This document shows, piece by piece, positions 40,912 to 49,973 of a stretch of 64,000 nt of DNA; position 1 is the first letter of the stretch, and every line of letters begins with the position of its first letter. The notes beneath the pieces are model-generated. The model had not been told where the DNA came from. It did not search any database and saw only the letters and a list, made by a program, of their open reading frames with translations. Position numbers and translations under genes: made by a program. Source of the DNA: Alphaproteobacteria bacterium (GTDB lineage: Bacteria > Pseudomonadota > Alphaproteobacteria > Bin95); assembly GCA_963665325.3 (NCBI GenBank), contig CAXXWS020000002.1:544001-608000 (forward strand), written 5' to 3'.

Positions 40912-42383
40912 GGCGCATCTCCCCGATCTTCGTCCTCGCCCGGACCGGGCGTCTTGTCATGGGGCAGCCAGGCCGGCGGCAGGCCGGTTGCGGCCTGGGC
41001 GTCGAGCATGCCCTTGAGCAGCGGCGGAAGTTCCCCCGTCCCCGCGCCGCCATTGCCATCGTTGCCGCCGGGGCCGGCGGGACGGCGCACGCCATCGGCG
41101 TTGCCGCGCTTGTCGAGGGGGTACAGCGTGCACAGGCGCTCGCCGCCTCGACCGTCGATCAGATCGACGCTGGCGAGGTTCCAGCGCGCGTAACGGATCC
41201 AGGCCTCGCGCAGGTGGCGCCACGGCTGTGGCACCTGGTAGCGGATGCCCTCGACCGAGACGGTGCCGTCCGAGCGCCTGAGCGTGCGCTTCCTGGTGAT
41301 GCGGAAGGCCGCCTTGAGCTCGGCCGAGCCGGGGCAGGATCTCGACGCGTCGACGCTCCCGGCCAGGCGTTGATGCGGCGTCATGCCGAGCTCGCGGTGC
41401 TTGCGGCGGTGATAGTCCTGCTCCAGCCAGGCGATGGTGGCGTCGTTGAGCATCTTCAAGGTAAGCGCGTCGACGCCTTCGAGCTGAGCCATCAGGCGCG
41501 ATTCGACCGTGCCCCAGAACGACTCGATCTTGCCGTTCTGATGGGGGCTGTAAGCGAGCGTCGTGACCCCCGCGATGCCGAGCCGGTGCAACCCCTCCTC
41601 GACCTCGCCCGCGGTCATCGCCGCGCCGTTGTCGGTCAGCAGGGACCTCGGCAGACCGCGCTTCATGAAGGCCTGGCAAAGGCCGTGGACGAACACCTCG
41701 GCGGTCTCGGCGAGGTACCACTGAAGGTGGCAGCCGAGGCGCGAGTGGTCGTCGAGGAAGCCGAGCAGGATCGGCGTCTTCCACTCGCCCGAGGCGGTCA
41801 GCACGCGACGCTTGGCGCTGTGCATGTCGGCGTGCCACAGGGCGTGAGAGCGCGAGACCTCGTAGCTCAATACCTCGCGGGCTTCGACCGCCGGCCTGGC
41901 CTCGCTCTCATGCCACTTGCGCCGGCGCTTGCGTACCAGCCCGCGAGCCCGCATCGCCCGGGTCAGCGTCGCGTAGGACGGTATCGGGCCGAGCTCGGGA
42001 TCGGCCTCGACCCGCGCGGCCAGATTCTCGTGATGAAGCTGCGCCGACCACGACGGATGCGCCCGGTACTGCTCGTGCAGCGCCTCGATCAGCGTCGGCG
42101 ACATCGCGCGCGGGCGCCCGGCATCGGCGCGCGGGCGCCGCTTGAGCGCCCCCACCGGATCGTTGTCCGCCGCCCGCGCCTGGTAGTACCAGCGCTCGAT
42201 CGTGGACACCGCGAAGCGCACCCGGCCCTTGCCGGACGGGTGATCCCACTCGCGTTCGGCAAGCCGCTCAAGCTCGGCGTGCAGCCGCCCCGCCGGCGGC
42301 GGCGAGGCCAGAAGCGGCCCGACCACCGCGAAGCGCAACCGCGCCCACCGGTCGCGACGCTCGCTCCCGTCGTTGCTGTTCAT
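40908..42383 (-). CDS. DDE transposase/integrase (rve core, Mu-like C-terminus, ORF2)
   Basis: N-terminal HTH (STIERWY); WHAD, LTDNG and GKIESF triad; RRSDGTVSVEGIRY beta-barrel motif. Confidence 0.92.
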   Translation of the reverse strand: MNSNDGSERRDRWARLRFAVVGPLLASPPPAGRLHAELERLAEREWDHPSGKGRVRFAVSTIERWYYQARAADNDPVGALKRRPRADAGRPRAMSPTLIEALHEQYRAHPSWSAQLHHENLAARVEADPELGPIPSYATLTRAMRARGLVRKRRRKWHESEARPAVEAREVLSYEVSRSHALWHADMHSAKRRVLTASGEWKTPILLGFLDDHSRLGCHLQWYLAETAEVFVHGLCQAFMKRGLPRSLLTDNGAAMTAGEVEEGLHRLGIAGVTTLAYSPHQNGKIESFWGTVESRLMAQLEGVDALTLKMLNDATIAWLEQDYHRRKHRELGMTPHQRLAGSVDASRSCPGSAELKAAFRITRKRTLRRSDGTVSVEGIRYQVPQPWRHLREAWIRYARWNLASVDLIDGRGGERLCTLYPLDKRGNADGVRRPAGPGGNDGNGGAGTGELPPLLKGMLDAQAATGLPPAWLPHDKTPGPGEDEDRGDAP

Positions 42384-42431
42384 TCCGGCATCCCCCTCGC
42401 TGCTTCGTGGAGGTGCCGATGATGCGGTGCC

Positions 42432-43046
42432 CTATCCGTGCATCATAGAAACGCTTTCTGCGGGCGAAGCCGGACCTGCGCCGAGCGCGCAAAAGCCGGT
42501 CCACGGCATCAGCCAGACCAGGCTCCGCAGCAGCCGCGAGCGGAAGCCACGGCCCCGCATGATGCGCAGCAGCCGGCGCAGCGGCGCCTCTTCGGGCGGC
42601 GCCGCCAGCTCGCCCCGTCTCGCCTGCCACTCCCGGGTCAGCGGGAAGGCTTCCAGCCACCAGCGCCGCCAGCGCTTCAGCGTCGAGGCCGGAACCCCGC
42701 ACCGCCGCGCGATCGTCTGCAACCGCGCGCCGCCGGCCACAGCCAGCGCACTCACCACAAGGAACAGCGCCCCGACGTAAAAGCGCCTGCCGAAGAAACG
42801 CACCGACGGCGGCTTCACGCGGCGTCGGCACACCGAACAGCACAGGCTGAAGCGCCGAACGTCGTTCCGAAGATTCGCCGCCAGACCGTGCGGCTTGCGC
42901 GGGTAGCTCGCGCTGTGAAGCGCGCCGCCGCAGCGCGGGCAACCCGCCGCCCGGCACGCCTCCGCCTCGGCCGCGTCGACCTGCTTCAGAAAATCCCAAA
43001 CCCGGGCGTTGGAGAGATTGGAGTGCCGGAACAGCTTGTGCGACAT
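42432..43046 (-). CDS. Zn-ribbon plus HTH protein (transposon ORF1)
   Basis: CPRC...CCSVC and TIARRCGVPASTLKRWRRWW. Confidence 0.7.
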   Translation of the reverse strand: MSHKLFRHSNLSNARVWDFLKQVDAAEAEACRAAGCPRCGGALHSASYPRKPHGLAANLRNDVRRFSLCCSVCRRRVKPPSVRFFGRRFYVGALFLVVSALAVAGGARLQTIARRCGVPASTLKRWRRWWLEAFPLTREWQARRGELAAPPEEAPLRRLLRIMRGRGFRSRLLRSLVWLMPWTGFCALGAGPASPAESVSMMHG

Positions 43047-43193
43047 TGGGGCCGTCTCAGGTTGATGTCACTGTCACCGAGACAAGCCCTCCGGCGGCCT
43101 TCTTGCAAGATCGCCGGGGGGCACCCAATCCAAAACCTCGATTAATCCGAGCCGATCAGCCCCTGATCGCCGCTGAAAGCCTGCGCCCGCTCA

Positions 43194-43268
43194 CTCGGTG
43201 AGTTCCTCGACCTTCTTGTGCTCGACCGGGTCGAGTTCGTCGATGAGGCTTTGGACGTTGAGAGGCAT
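43194..43268 (-). pseudogene. 5' stub (25 codons) of a probable XRE/HigA-type antitoxin cut by the transposon
   Basis: ATG overlaps the toxin stop; MPLNVQSLIDELDPVEHKKVEELTE then TGA from the transposon end. Confidence 0.7.
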
Positions 43269-43633
43269 CAGCGTGGTCCTTTCTCTGCGAGCCGGGCAAG
43301 GTGGCGGTCGAAACGCTCGTCGGCCTTTCGGATGAGGTCTCGATAGAAGCGGCGGCTCGGGCGGCCCGACTTATCGCTAGCTACGAAGAGGATGGCGTTG
43401 CGGTGCGGGTCGAAGGCGAAGGCGATTCGCCACTCGCCCTGGGCGGCGGTGAGTCGCACTTCCTTCATGTTTACATGGCGGGACCCGTTGAGGGTGACGA
43501 CATAGGGCCGGCCGAGGTGGGGGCCATGCTCGCGAAGGATATTCGTTGTTGCGAGAATGGTTCTCCTTACTTCGGTTGGTAGATTGCGGTACTCCGGCAC
43601 GAATTCGTCGGCCAGCTCGACGTGCCAGTTCAT
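43268..43633 (-). CDS. Type II TA toxin, RelE/HigB (Gp49-like) family
   Basis: GPHLGRPYV.TLNGSRH.NMKEVR...WRIAFAFDP.R.AIL...DKSG...RFY..LI..AD.RF pattern. Confidence 0.85.
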   Translation of the reverse strand: MNWHVELADEFVPEYRNLPTEVRRTILATTNILREHGPHLGRPYVVTLNGSRHVNMKEVRLTAAQGEWRIAFAFDPHRNAILFVASDKSGRPSRRFYRDLIRKADERFDRHLARLAEKGPR

Positions 43634-43713
43634 GACTGGAGCTTGTTGCGCCGGGTGGCGCAAGTCAAGGTTGCGGGGTGGAGCATGGTGGCCTCCTGGG
43701 CAAGCAACGGTCG

Positions 43714-43756
43714 TCGGGACGAAATCTGTTCTGAACTTGGGTATCGGGACGAAATC
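43714..43756. repeat. 13-bp direct repeat TCGGGACGAAATC x2 in the TA promoter region
   Basis: Copies at 43714-43726 and 43744-43756. Confidence 0.6.
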
Positions 43757-43779
43757 GGGTTGGACCGGGCGGAGATGAC

Positions 43780-43813
43780 AAAAAAAGGGGCCGCCGCTGG
43801 TTAGCGACGGCCC
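43780..43813 (-). terminator. Intrinsic terminator after ssb
   Basis: Minus strand GGGCCGTCGCT-AACC-AGCGGCGGCCC followed by a T-run. Confidence 0.75.
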
Positions 43814-43847
43814 GGGTTGGGGAGGAAGACAGGGAGGCGCGACGTCC

Positions 43848-44279
43848 TCAGAAGGGGATGTCGCTGTCGAGGTCGGCCGGTGCCGGGACGGGGTTCGACG
43901 CTGCGGGCTCGCGGTTGATGCCGAAGTCGTGGTCCTTGTCGAGGAACTGGATGCGTCCGCTCGGGACGACGAGGATCTCGGTCGAGTAGCGGTCGTTGCC
44001 GTCCTGGTCCTGCCACTTCCGGGTCTGGAGCTTGCCCTCGACCTGGACCAGCCGGCCCTTGACCGCCTTGCGCTCGAGGATGTCGACCAGGCCGTCCTGG
44101 AAGGTGGTGACGCGGTGCCATTCGGTCTTCTGGACGCGCTCGCCCCGGTTCTTGTCGTAATAGCCCTCGTCGGTGGCGATCGAGATATTTGCGACCTTCG
44201 TGCCGGTGGCGAGGTGGGAGATCGCGGCGGCGGCGCCGAGGCGACCGATGAGGAGGACCCTGTTCATTCCGAAAGCCAT
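43848..44279 (-). CDS. ssb: Single-stranded DNA-binding protein
   Basis: NRVLLIGRLG, TEWHRV and VEGKLQTRKW motifs; acidic DIPF tail. Confidence 0.93.
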   Translation of the reverse strand: MAFGMNRVLLIGRLGAAAAISHLATGTKVANISIATDEGYYDKNRGERVQKTEWHRVTTFQDGLVDILERKAVKGRLVQVEGKLQTRKWQDQDGNDRYSTEILVVPSGRIQFLDKDHDFGINREPAASNPVPAPADLDSDIPF

Positions 44280-44376
44280 GGGATGGCTCCTTCGTTGTCT
44301 GGATGTTGACTTGAGTTGGGAACCGGACGACCGGACCGGGTGGCCCGATCGTCATTCGGTTCATCCGTGACCGGCT

Positions 44377-44547
44377 CTACTCAAACTCTTCGATGTCGAA
44401 GCGTGCGCCGGCGGGAGGGTTGTCGGGCAGGATCTCGCGGATCGCGCGGCCGCTGAGCCCGATTTCGGAGAGCAGTTCGCCGGTGGTGCCGGACGCTGGA
44501 TGGTCGCGCGGCTTGACGTGCTCGGTGGCATCGAAGTCATGGAACAT
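44377..44547 (-). CDS. Small hypothetical protein (56 aa), possibly a gene remnant
   Basis: GGAAGG RBS then MFHDFDATEH... Confidence 0.35.
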   Translation of the reverse strand: MFHDFDATEHVKPRDHPASGTTGELLSEIGLSGRAIREILPDNPPAGARFDIEEFE

Positions 44548-44789
44548 GGAAGCGCCTTCCGTTGGAGTGGGCCCGGTGTGCCGGGCGTCTACGCGGAAAG
44601 GGCTTTGCTCAATCTCATGGCACCGTTTTTCGGTGCCAGGGCGCTTGCGTGGGCCTTCGGCGATAGGCCGACGGGGTACAAGCAGAAGGGCCGGCACTAC
44701 GTGAGCACCGGCCCTGGCAAGCGGCTGGTTGTGGCGGCGGGTCAGGGGATGAGCTTTACCGCGGCGCGTGCAGGTGTGGGAGCTAAGGT

Positions 44790-45236
44790 CTAGCTTGCTG
44801 GAGCGACACTTGGCGCGGTGTTCCGAATGAGGGCATCGAGGGCCTTCATGGTTTGCGTATGGCGCTTGTCGAGGGCCTTCATGACTTCCTCGTGGCGCCG
44901 TTCGCTTTCCGCGCGCTCGGCGGCAAGGGAAGCCATGGCTTCCTTGTGGCGATCGGCCTCGGCATTCATGGCTTCCTTGTGGCGGTCGCCTTCGGCCTCC
45001 ATGGCGTCCTGGTGGCGAGCGTCGCGCTTCTCGCTGGCTTCGGTCATCCTGGCTATGCCGCGGGCGACGACGCGGATCTGGAAGAAGCCGATAACGCATC
45101 CGGCGACGACCAGGGCGGCGGTAACGATGACGAGGGCGGCGGTGACGGTCACCATGTCGCCGGTGGCGATGGCGGTAGCGGCTTGCGGATTCGTTGGCGC
45201 CAGCGTTGTTATGTCGGTGAAGAACATTTCGTACAT
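44790..45236 (-). CDS. Membrane-anchored coiled-coil protein with 11-aa repeats
   Basis: One TM segment followed by DARHQDAMEA/GDRHKEAMNA/ADRHKEAMAS repeats; AGGAGG RBS. Confidence 0.6.
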   Translation of the reverse strand: MYEMFFTDITTLAPTNPQAATAIATGDMVTVTAALVIVTAALVVAGCVIGFFQIRVVARGIARMTEASEKRDARHQDAMEAEGDRHKEAMNAEADRHKEAMASLAAERAESERRHEEVMKALDKRHTQTMKALDALIRNTAPSVAPAS

Positions 45237-45395
45237 CGTTTAGCCCTCCTTTGGCGGGGTCGCAAGTTGGCGCGGCGGGTGTTCCTTCCGCGCGAAGTCA
45301 CCCGTACGGGGCTGTCCTCTGCTTGCGGATCGCGACAGGGTGGCGGGTAGTTGCGGGCCGAAGGCCGCTGAACGGTGGCCGGCGGCGCATGCATG

Positions 45396-45425
45396 AAAAA
45401 GGCCGGCACTCATGGAGTGCCGGCC
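45396..45425 (-). terminator. Intrinsic terminator after the second ssb
   Basis: Minus strand GGCCGGCACTC-CAT-GAGTGCCGGCC-TTTTT. Confidence 0.8.
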
Positions 45426-45446
45426 AGCTGGGGGAGGAAAGGTCCG

Positions 45447-45878
45447 TCAGAACGGGATTTCAGGCGCCGGGCCCGACGGCGGCGGGGCTGCCGCTTCCGC
45501 CGGCGGCCCGGAGGCGGGCGCCTTGTCCTCGGGACGGTCGAGGAACTCCATGCGGCCTTCCTGGTTGACGACGATCTCCATGGTGTAGCGGTCGTTGCCG
45601 TCCCGGTCCTGCCATTTGCGGTGCCACATCTTGCCGGAGACGAAGATCTTGCGGCCGCTCGAGCCGTGCTTGTCGAGCAGTTCGATCAGCGACTTCTGGA
45701 AGGTCACCACGCGGTGCCACTGGGTGCGTTTCACGGTCTCGCGCGCGTTCCGGTCCCAGTAGCTTTCGTCGGTCGCGACGGAGAGCGCTGCGACCCGGTC
45801 TCCGTTCTGCATCGTACGAATTTCGGGATCGTGCCCGAGGTGACCTATGACCTCGGCGCGATTCAGTCCATATGCCAT
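45447..45878 (-). CDS. ssb: Single-stranded DNA-binding protein, second paralog
   Basis: LNRAEVIGHLGHDPEIR and TQWHRVV motifs; EIPF tail; AGGAG RBS. Confidence 0.92.
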   Translation of the reverse strand: MAYGLNRAEVIGHLGHDPEIRTMQNGDRVAALSVATDESYWDRNARETVKRTQWHRVVTFQKSLIELLDKHGSSGRKIFVSGKMWHRKWQDRDGNDRYTMEIVVNQEGRMEFLDRPEDKAPASGPPAEAAAPPPSGPAPEIPF

Positions 45879-45943
45879 CGGTATGCTCCTGCATGGCTGG
45901 TTGACGGGCCGCAGGGGGATTCTGCGCTGTTCGGAGTCCGGGA

Positions 45944-46396
45944 TCAATCGCCGGGACGGGCGCCAGGGACGGGGAGAGTTTCGAGCTCGGGGAACCGGCG
46001 ATCGCGATAGACCTGTCCCAGGCTGACGAGCTCGAGGGCGCTCCGGTGCGGGGGCATCAGGCATATCATGCGCCGGACCCGCTCCCGGGCGACCTCGAGG
46101 CGGCGCCGCTCGTGTCGTATGGCATGGTCGCAGCGCTTCGCCCGGGCGGCAGCCTCGGCGATGTTGCTCCAGAGGATCGGCAAGGGAGGGTCGGCCCGGT
46201 CGAACGCGGCGCCGACGGCCTGCCATTCCGCGAGCGCCGCATCGCGCTCGATCTCGGCCGCCCGAAAGTCATCGGCGCCAGGCGCCGGATGGCCGTACCA
46301 GTGCGGGATGGCAACGTGCGAACGGGAGCCGGCCGCCTGCGGCCGGGGAGGCCCCTCGCCGTGGAAGGGAAGGACGAGCTGAATGGGCATGGGCAA
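45944..46396 (-). CDS. Hypothetical protein
   Basis: 150-aa ORF with AGGAG RBS, co-oriented with its neighbours. Confidence 0.5.
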   Translation of the reverse strand: MPMPIQLVLPFHGEGPPRPQAAGSRSHVAIPHWYGHPAPGADDFRAAEIERDAALAEWQAVGAAFDRADPPLPILWSNIAEAAARAKRCDHAIRHERRRLEVARERVRRMICLMPPHRSALELVSLGQVYRDRRFPELETLPVPGARPGD

Positions 46397-46411
46397 GGCT
46401 CCTGGACGGTG

Positions 46412-47410
46412 TCAGGCACGGGACGTGCAGCCGAGACACTGGCGGATGGCGTAGGCGCCGCCGGCGGCGAGGTCCTCGTTGAAGTCGCCAAGCTCGGGCG
46501 CCAGGACGCGGAAGCGGATCCCGCTCTGGCCGCAGCGCTTCGCGAGATTGTCCGCAGCTGCGCCGCCGTCGCGGCCGGCGTCCCGGGCGATAGCTACGCG
46601 CCGGCCGCGGGGAGGGACGAAGGCGCCGAGGCTGCCTGCGGACAGCGCGGCCGCGCCGGCGGCTCCGGGATATGCCGTGAGCAGCGAGAGAACGGTCTCG
46701 ATCCCCTCGCCGACGATCAGCACGGGATCGGGCCTTGCGTCGGCGGGTCCGAAGCGGACGGCCTGGCCATAGACGGGGCCGAGGGCCTTCTTCGGAGCCG
46801 GCACGTCGGCCTTCGCCGGCCGGTCCGGATCGAGGTAGGTGCGCAGCACGCCGGTGAGGCGGCCGGCGCCGTTCGTAACCGCGGCGACCAGGGCGGGATA
46901 TTCGCGCTGCGAGCTGCTGCCCGGGTCGCGGTAGCGGAGCTTCGGGTGGAACCGGAGCGAGGCGAACCGGCAGCGCTCGATGCCGCGCGCCTGCAGGTAG
47001 GCCTCGGCGTGGGTGCCGTCGATCGGCCGACAATAGCGCCAGAGGCGCAACGCGGCTCCGGAAGGATTGGCTTCGGCAGGACCGGCCGGCTCCGGCGCCT
47101 GGCGCGCGGGAAGTGCGAGGAAGGACCGGGCCTCGGAAAGGACGGCCGCCAGGCTGGTGCTGCGCGAATGGTGGCGAATGATGTCGAGCAGGTCGCCATG
47201 AGTTCCGTTCGCCATATCGTTCCATTTCCCGGGCCTTCCGGGAGCGCGGAGACGGACGATCAGCGAATGGCCGCGAGAGCCGTCGATATCGCCGACGACC
47301 CAGTAGCGCCCCTGGCGTTCGCCGGCGGGCAGATAGTGCCGGCAGACGTCCTCGGCTTGGGCGGCCAGGGCAGCGGCGATTTGGGTGGCGGGTGATGAGC
47401 AGGCATGCAT
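46412..47410 (-). CDS. Toprim-domain primase-like protein (DUF7146 + toprim) of alphaproteobacterial ICEs/plasmids
   Basis: VCRHYLPAG, GDLLDII, AEAYLQARGI, LRFHP, HPAL-like YPALVA, RTYL and VGEGIET motifs. Confidence 0.8.
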   Translation of the reverse strand: MHACSSPATQIAAALAAQAEDVCRHYLPAGERQGRYWVVGDIDGSRGHSLIVRLRAPGRPGKWNDMANGTHGDLLDIIRHHSRSTSLAAVLSEARSFLALPARQAPEPAGPAEANPSGAALRLWRYCRPIDGTHAEAYLQARGIERCRFASLRFHPKLRYRDPGSSSQREYPALVAAVTNGAGRLTGVLRTYLDPDRPAKADVPAPKKALGPVYGQAVRFGPADARPDPVLIVGEGIETVLSLLTAYPGAAGAAALSAGSLGAFVPPRGRRVAIARDAGRDGGAAADNLAKRCGQSGIRFRVLAPELGDFNEDLAAGGAYAIRQCLGCTSRA

Positions 47411-47611
47411 GGGAGTTCTCCCGGTTGGCGGCAGCACGAAAGGCGGCGGCTGCAAGGGCAGCGGCCGGGTTCGGCATCGATCGCGGTGGTGGTAGTGGCG
47501 CCGGGGGTCGGAGCGGCGCGGCGGCCGGCTGGTCGTCCGGAGCCCCGAAGGATTCGTCAGGCGGGCGCTTTACTCAAACTAGCCGATCCCTCTTCCGGTC
47601 GCCTTCATTAC

Positions 47612-47655
47612 AAAAAAAGGGCATGGACCGCTGGTCGATTGCAGCAGTCCATGCC
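47612..47655 (-). terminator. Intrinsic terminator-like hairpin
   Basis: Minus strand GGCATGGACTGCTG...CAGCGGTCCATGCC followed by a 7-T run. Confidence 0.65.
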
Positions 47656-47822
47656 GATCGGTGATGTGGATTGAGACTGTGGGTGAGGCGCGTTATTGGC
47701 TCATCGCAGGTGCCGGAAGGGGTAGGATATCGGTTGAAATTCCGGCGACCTGGCGAAAGGCGGAGAACGCTGCAGCAGCGTTGGTGGATGAAAGATGAGG
47801 CCGCAGCCGTTGCAGGGTGAGG

Positions 47823-48281
47823 CTACTCGTCCGCACCGCCGGTTTGAGGAGCAGGATCGTCGCTCAGCAGGTTGCGGGCGATGATGTAGCGCTCGATGAA
47901 GTCGAGCTTGCCGAGGATCGAGCCTTTCAGCTCGGCCTGGCCGGTTTCGAGGGAACGGAGACGCTCGTCGAAGCCGTCCATGCGATTGTCGAAGCGCTGC
48001 TCTAGGCCGTCGATGCGCTTGTCGAGTCGTTGCTCGAGTCCGTCCATGCGCTTGTCGAGTCCGTCCATGCGCTTGTCGAGGCTGTCGATGCGCTTGTCGA
48101 CGCCGTCGAAGCGCTTGTCGACGCCATCGAAGCGCTTGTCGACGCCGTCGAAGCGCTTGTCGACGCCGTCGAAGCACTTGTCGACGCCGTCGAAGCGTAT
48201 ACCGATCCCGTGATGGCCGCGAAGCATGAGTCCTGCGAGTGCCACGCCGACGGCGAGGATGGCGATCGTTTCCGGGGTCAT
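47823..48281 (-). CDS. Membrane-anchored heptad-repeat coiled-coil protein
   Basis: N-terminal hydrophobic helix, then (FDGVDKR)n and related heptad/11-mer repeats. Confidence 0.7.
   Translation of the reverse strand: MTPETIAILAVGVALAGLMLRGHHGIGIRFDGVDKCFDGVDKRFDGVDKRFDGVDKRFDGVDKRIDSLDKRMDGLDKRMDGLEQRLDKRIDGLEQRFDNRMDGFDERLRSLETGQAELKGSILGKLDFIERYIIARNLLSDDPAPQTGGADE
48090..48194. repeat. 21-bp tandem repeat x5 (coding VNTR)
   Basis: Unit GCGCTTGTCGACGCCGTCGAA, no spacers, encodes the heptad. Confidence 0.9.
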
Positions 48282-48368
48282 GTTGAAATCCTAGCAGGTT
48301 GGGGGTTGACCGTCATCCTGGAGTGGGTGACGACGGGTTCCAGGACTCCGTGTATGGAGCGACGCGGG

Positions 48369-48632
48369 TCAGTGAAGATGTCCGGGCGGGCGGCCGATGG
48401 ACATGCAGTCAGCCACAAAGCTGTGCCACGAGGTGCGATCGAAGCCGAGGCGGGCGTTAAGGCGATCGCAGATGGTGTTTGCGTCGCCGAGGTTGGCGGC
48501 GGCCATGTCGGTCGGGATGTAGCCGGCGGCGTTTTCGAAGACGATGATGATCCTCTGGGCGCTGGTTTCGGGGAGGTCGTAGGCGGGAGAGAAGGCGAAG
48601 TTGAGGGTGTGCGGAAGGGGTTGAGGGGTCAT
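48369..48632 (-). CDS. Small hypothetical protein (87 aa)
   Basis: ATG overlaps the PAPS-reductase stop (MTPQPLPHTLNF...). Confidence 0.55.
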   Translation of the reverse strand: MTPQPLPHTLNFAFSPAYDLPETSAQRIIIVFENAAGYIPTDMAAANLGDANTICDRLNARLGFDRTSWHSFVADCMSIGRPPGHLH

Positions 48633-49462
48633 GGGATCGACTCCGGGTTGACGGGGATTCCGGTGACCGCTGGAAGCGGCAGCCGGGTTGGGGAGAGGGT
48701 ATGGCCGATGCGGTGCTCGAGGGCGGCATACCGGGCGTAGAGCCGGGGGCGGAGTTCGGCAGCCCGGCGCAGGTCGGCGCGCGATGCGAGGATGCAGAAC
48801 GAGCAGCTCAGCCTGGTCATGCCGGCGGCATAGGCCCAGTGGGGAGACTGTCCCGCGCGTTCTATGGCGTTGAAGACTTCTGCTTCGGAGAAATCGAATA
48901 TGGGCAGCCAGTCGTGCCAGTCGCGGCCGGCCTTGCTGTTGCGGGCGTTGCGTGACCACGGAGTGCGCCTGGACCGATCGGTACTCTCGTCGGCGCGGAT
49001 GCCCATGCAGTTGACGATCCGGCCGGCAAATCGGGGATGTGCTGAGAGGTGCCGGCGGAGCTCGCGTTCGATGGGTCCGCGCTTGAAATCGCTGGTGCAG
49101 AAGCGCCGGCGCTTGTCCGGAAACAGCCCCCTCAGCTCGATGCGTTCGAGAAGGGACTGGCCGGAGGCGATCGGCGCGATGATGAGGGGCAGGCCGCGGG
49201 GCATGGTGGCCTCTATGTGGGAGATGGTGTCGGGCCATTCGACTTCGCCGAGCGGCGCGTGGACGATGACGATCCGGTCGTGGGGGATGAACCTTGACAG
49301 GAGGATCGTCATCGCCTGGCTATCTTTTCCTCCGCTGTGATTGATGGCGAACAGGGCACCGTCGCGGATCATGCGGCGGCAGGCGGGCGGTACGAGGAGG
49401 CGCCGCGCGGGAGGGGGAACGGGCCGGGCATTTTGCCCGACCGCGCCGGTTGGTTGGTTCAT
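48629..49462 (-). CDS. Phosphoadenosine phosphosulfate reductase family protein
   Basis: NHSGGKDS, RFCTSDFK, GIRADES.DR, WLPIF and RLSCSFC motifs. Confidence 0.88.
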   Translation of the reverse strand: MNQPTGAVGQNARPVPPPARRLLVPPACRRMIRDGALFAINHSGGKDSQAMTILLSRFIPHDRIVIVHAPLGEVEWPDTISHIEATMPRGLPLIIAPIASGQSLLERIELRGLFPDKRRRFCTSDFKRGPIERELRRHLSAHPRFAGRIVNCMGIRADESTDRSRRTPWSRNARNSKAGRDWHDWLPIFDFSEAEVFNAIERAGQSPHWAYAAGMTRLSCSFCILASRADLRRAAELRPRLYARYAALEHRIGHTLSPTRLPLPAVTGIPVNPESIP

Positions 49463-49489
49463 GGCGAGGTCTCCGGATCGGTCGCGGCG

Positions 49490-49826
49490 TCAGGCGGCGA
49501 CGGGCCATTGCTCGAGGACGCGGTCGAGGACGCGGGCTTCGGGAGCGAAGGTCCGGGCGCGCCATGAGATGATCTCGACGGTGCAGCCCATGCGTTTGAG
49601 GGCGGCGGTGTCGCGGTCGACGGGTCCCTCGATCTCGATGCGGTGCGCGCCCATGATGCGTCGCCTCGCGAGGCGCCAGCCGTTCGAGAGAGCGAGGGCC
49701 TTGCCCCGGTCCATGATTGCTTCGTAGGCGTCGGTGCCGGTCATGGCGGGACCGCCGTCGAGGCCAAAGGCCTGGCGGACGGCGCGGACCTGGTCGGCGT
49801 CGAGGACGCGCCCGAGGAGGGACAGT
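49490..49826 (-). pseudogene. 3' fragment of the strawberry-notch methylase/helicase split by transposon copy 2
   Basis: Removing the element and one ACAGT restores ...TTDDG-LSLLGRVL...GWRLARRRIMGAHRIE...EIISWRARTF. Confidence 0.88.
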
Positions 49827-49973
49827 TGAGCGGGCGCAGGCTTTCAGCGGCGATCAGGGGCTGATCGGCTCGGATTAATCGAGGTTTTGGATTGGGTGCC
49901 CCCCGGCGATCTTGCAAGAAGGCCGCCGGAGGGCTTGTCTCGGTGACAGTGACATCAACCTGAGACGGCCCCA

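Larger units (their letters stand above)
38810..43193 (-). mobile_element. 4384-bp Mu-like DDE transposon with AAA+ ATPase and helicase, copy 1 (no target duplication)
   Basis: Inverted copy of 49827-54210; all ORF translations are identical and coordinates sum to 93020. Ends TGAG...CTCA. Flanks are CCCGG and CTCGG, from different genes. Confidence 0.92.

Noticed and set aside
48090-48194. Possible CRISPR array
   Set aside because: The 21-bp units are head-to-tail with no spacers, lie in frame within a coiled-coil ORF, and no cas genes are present.
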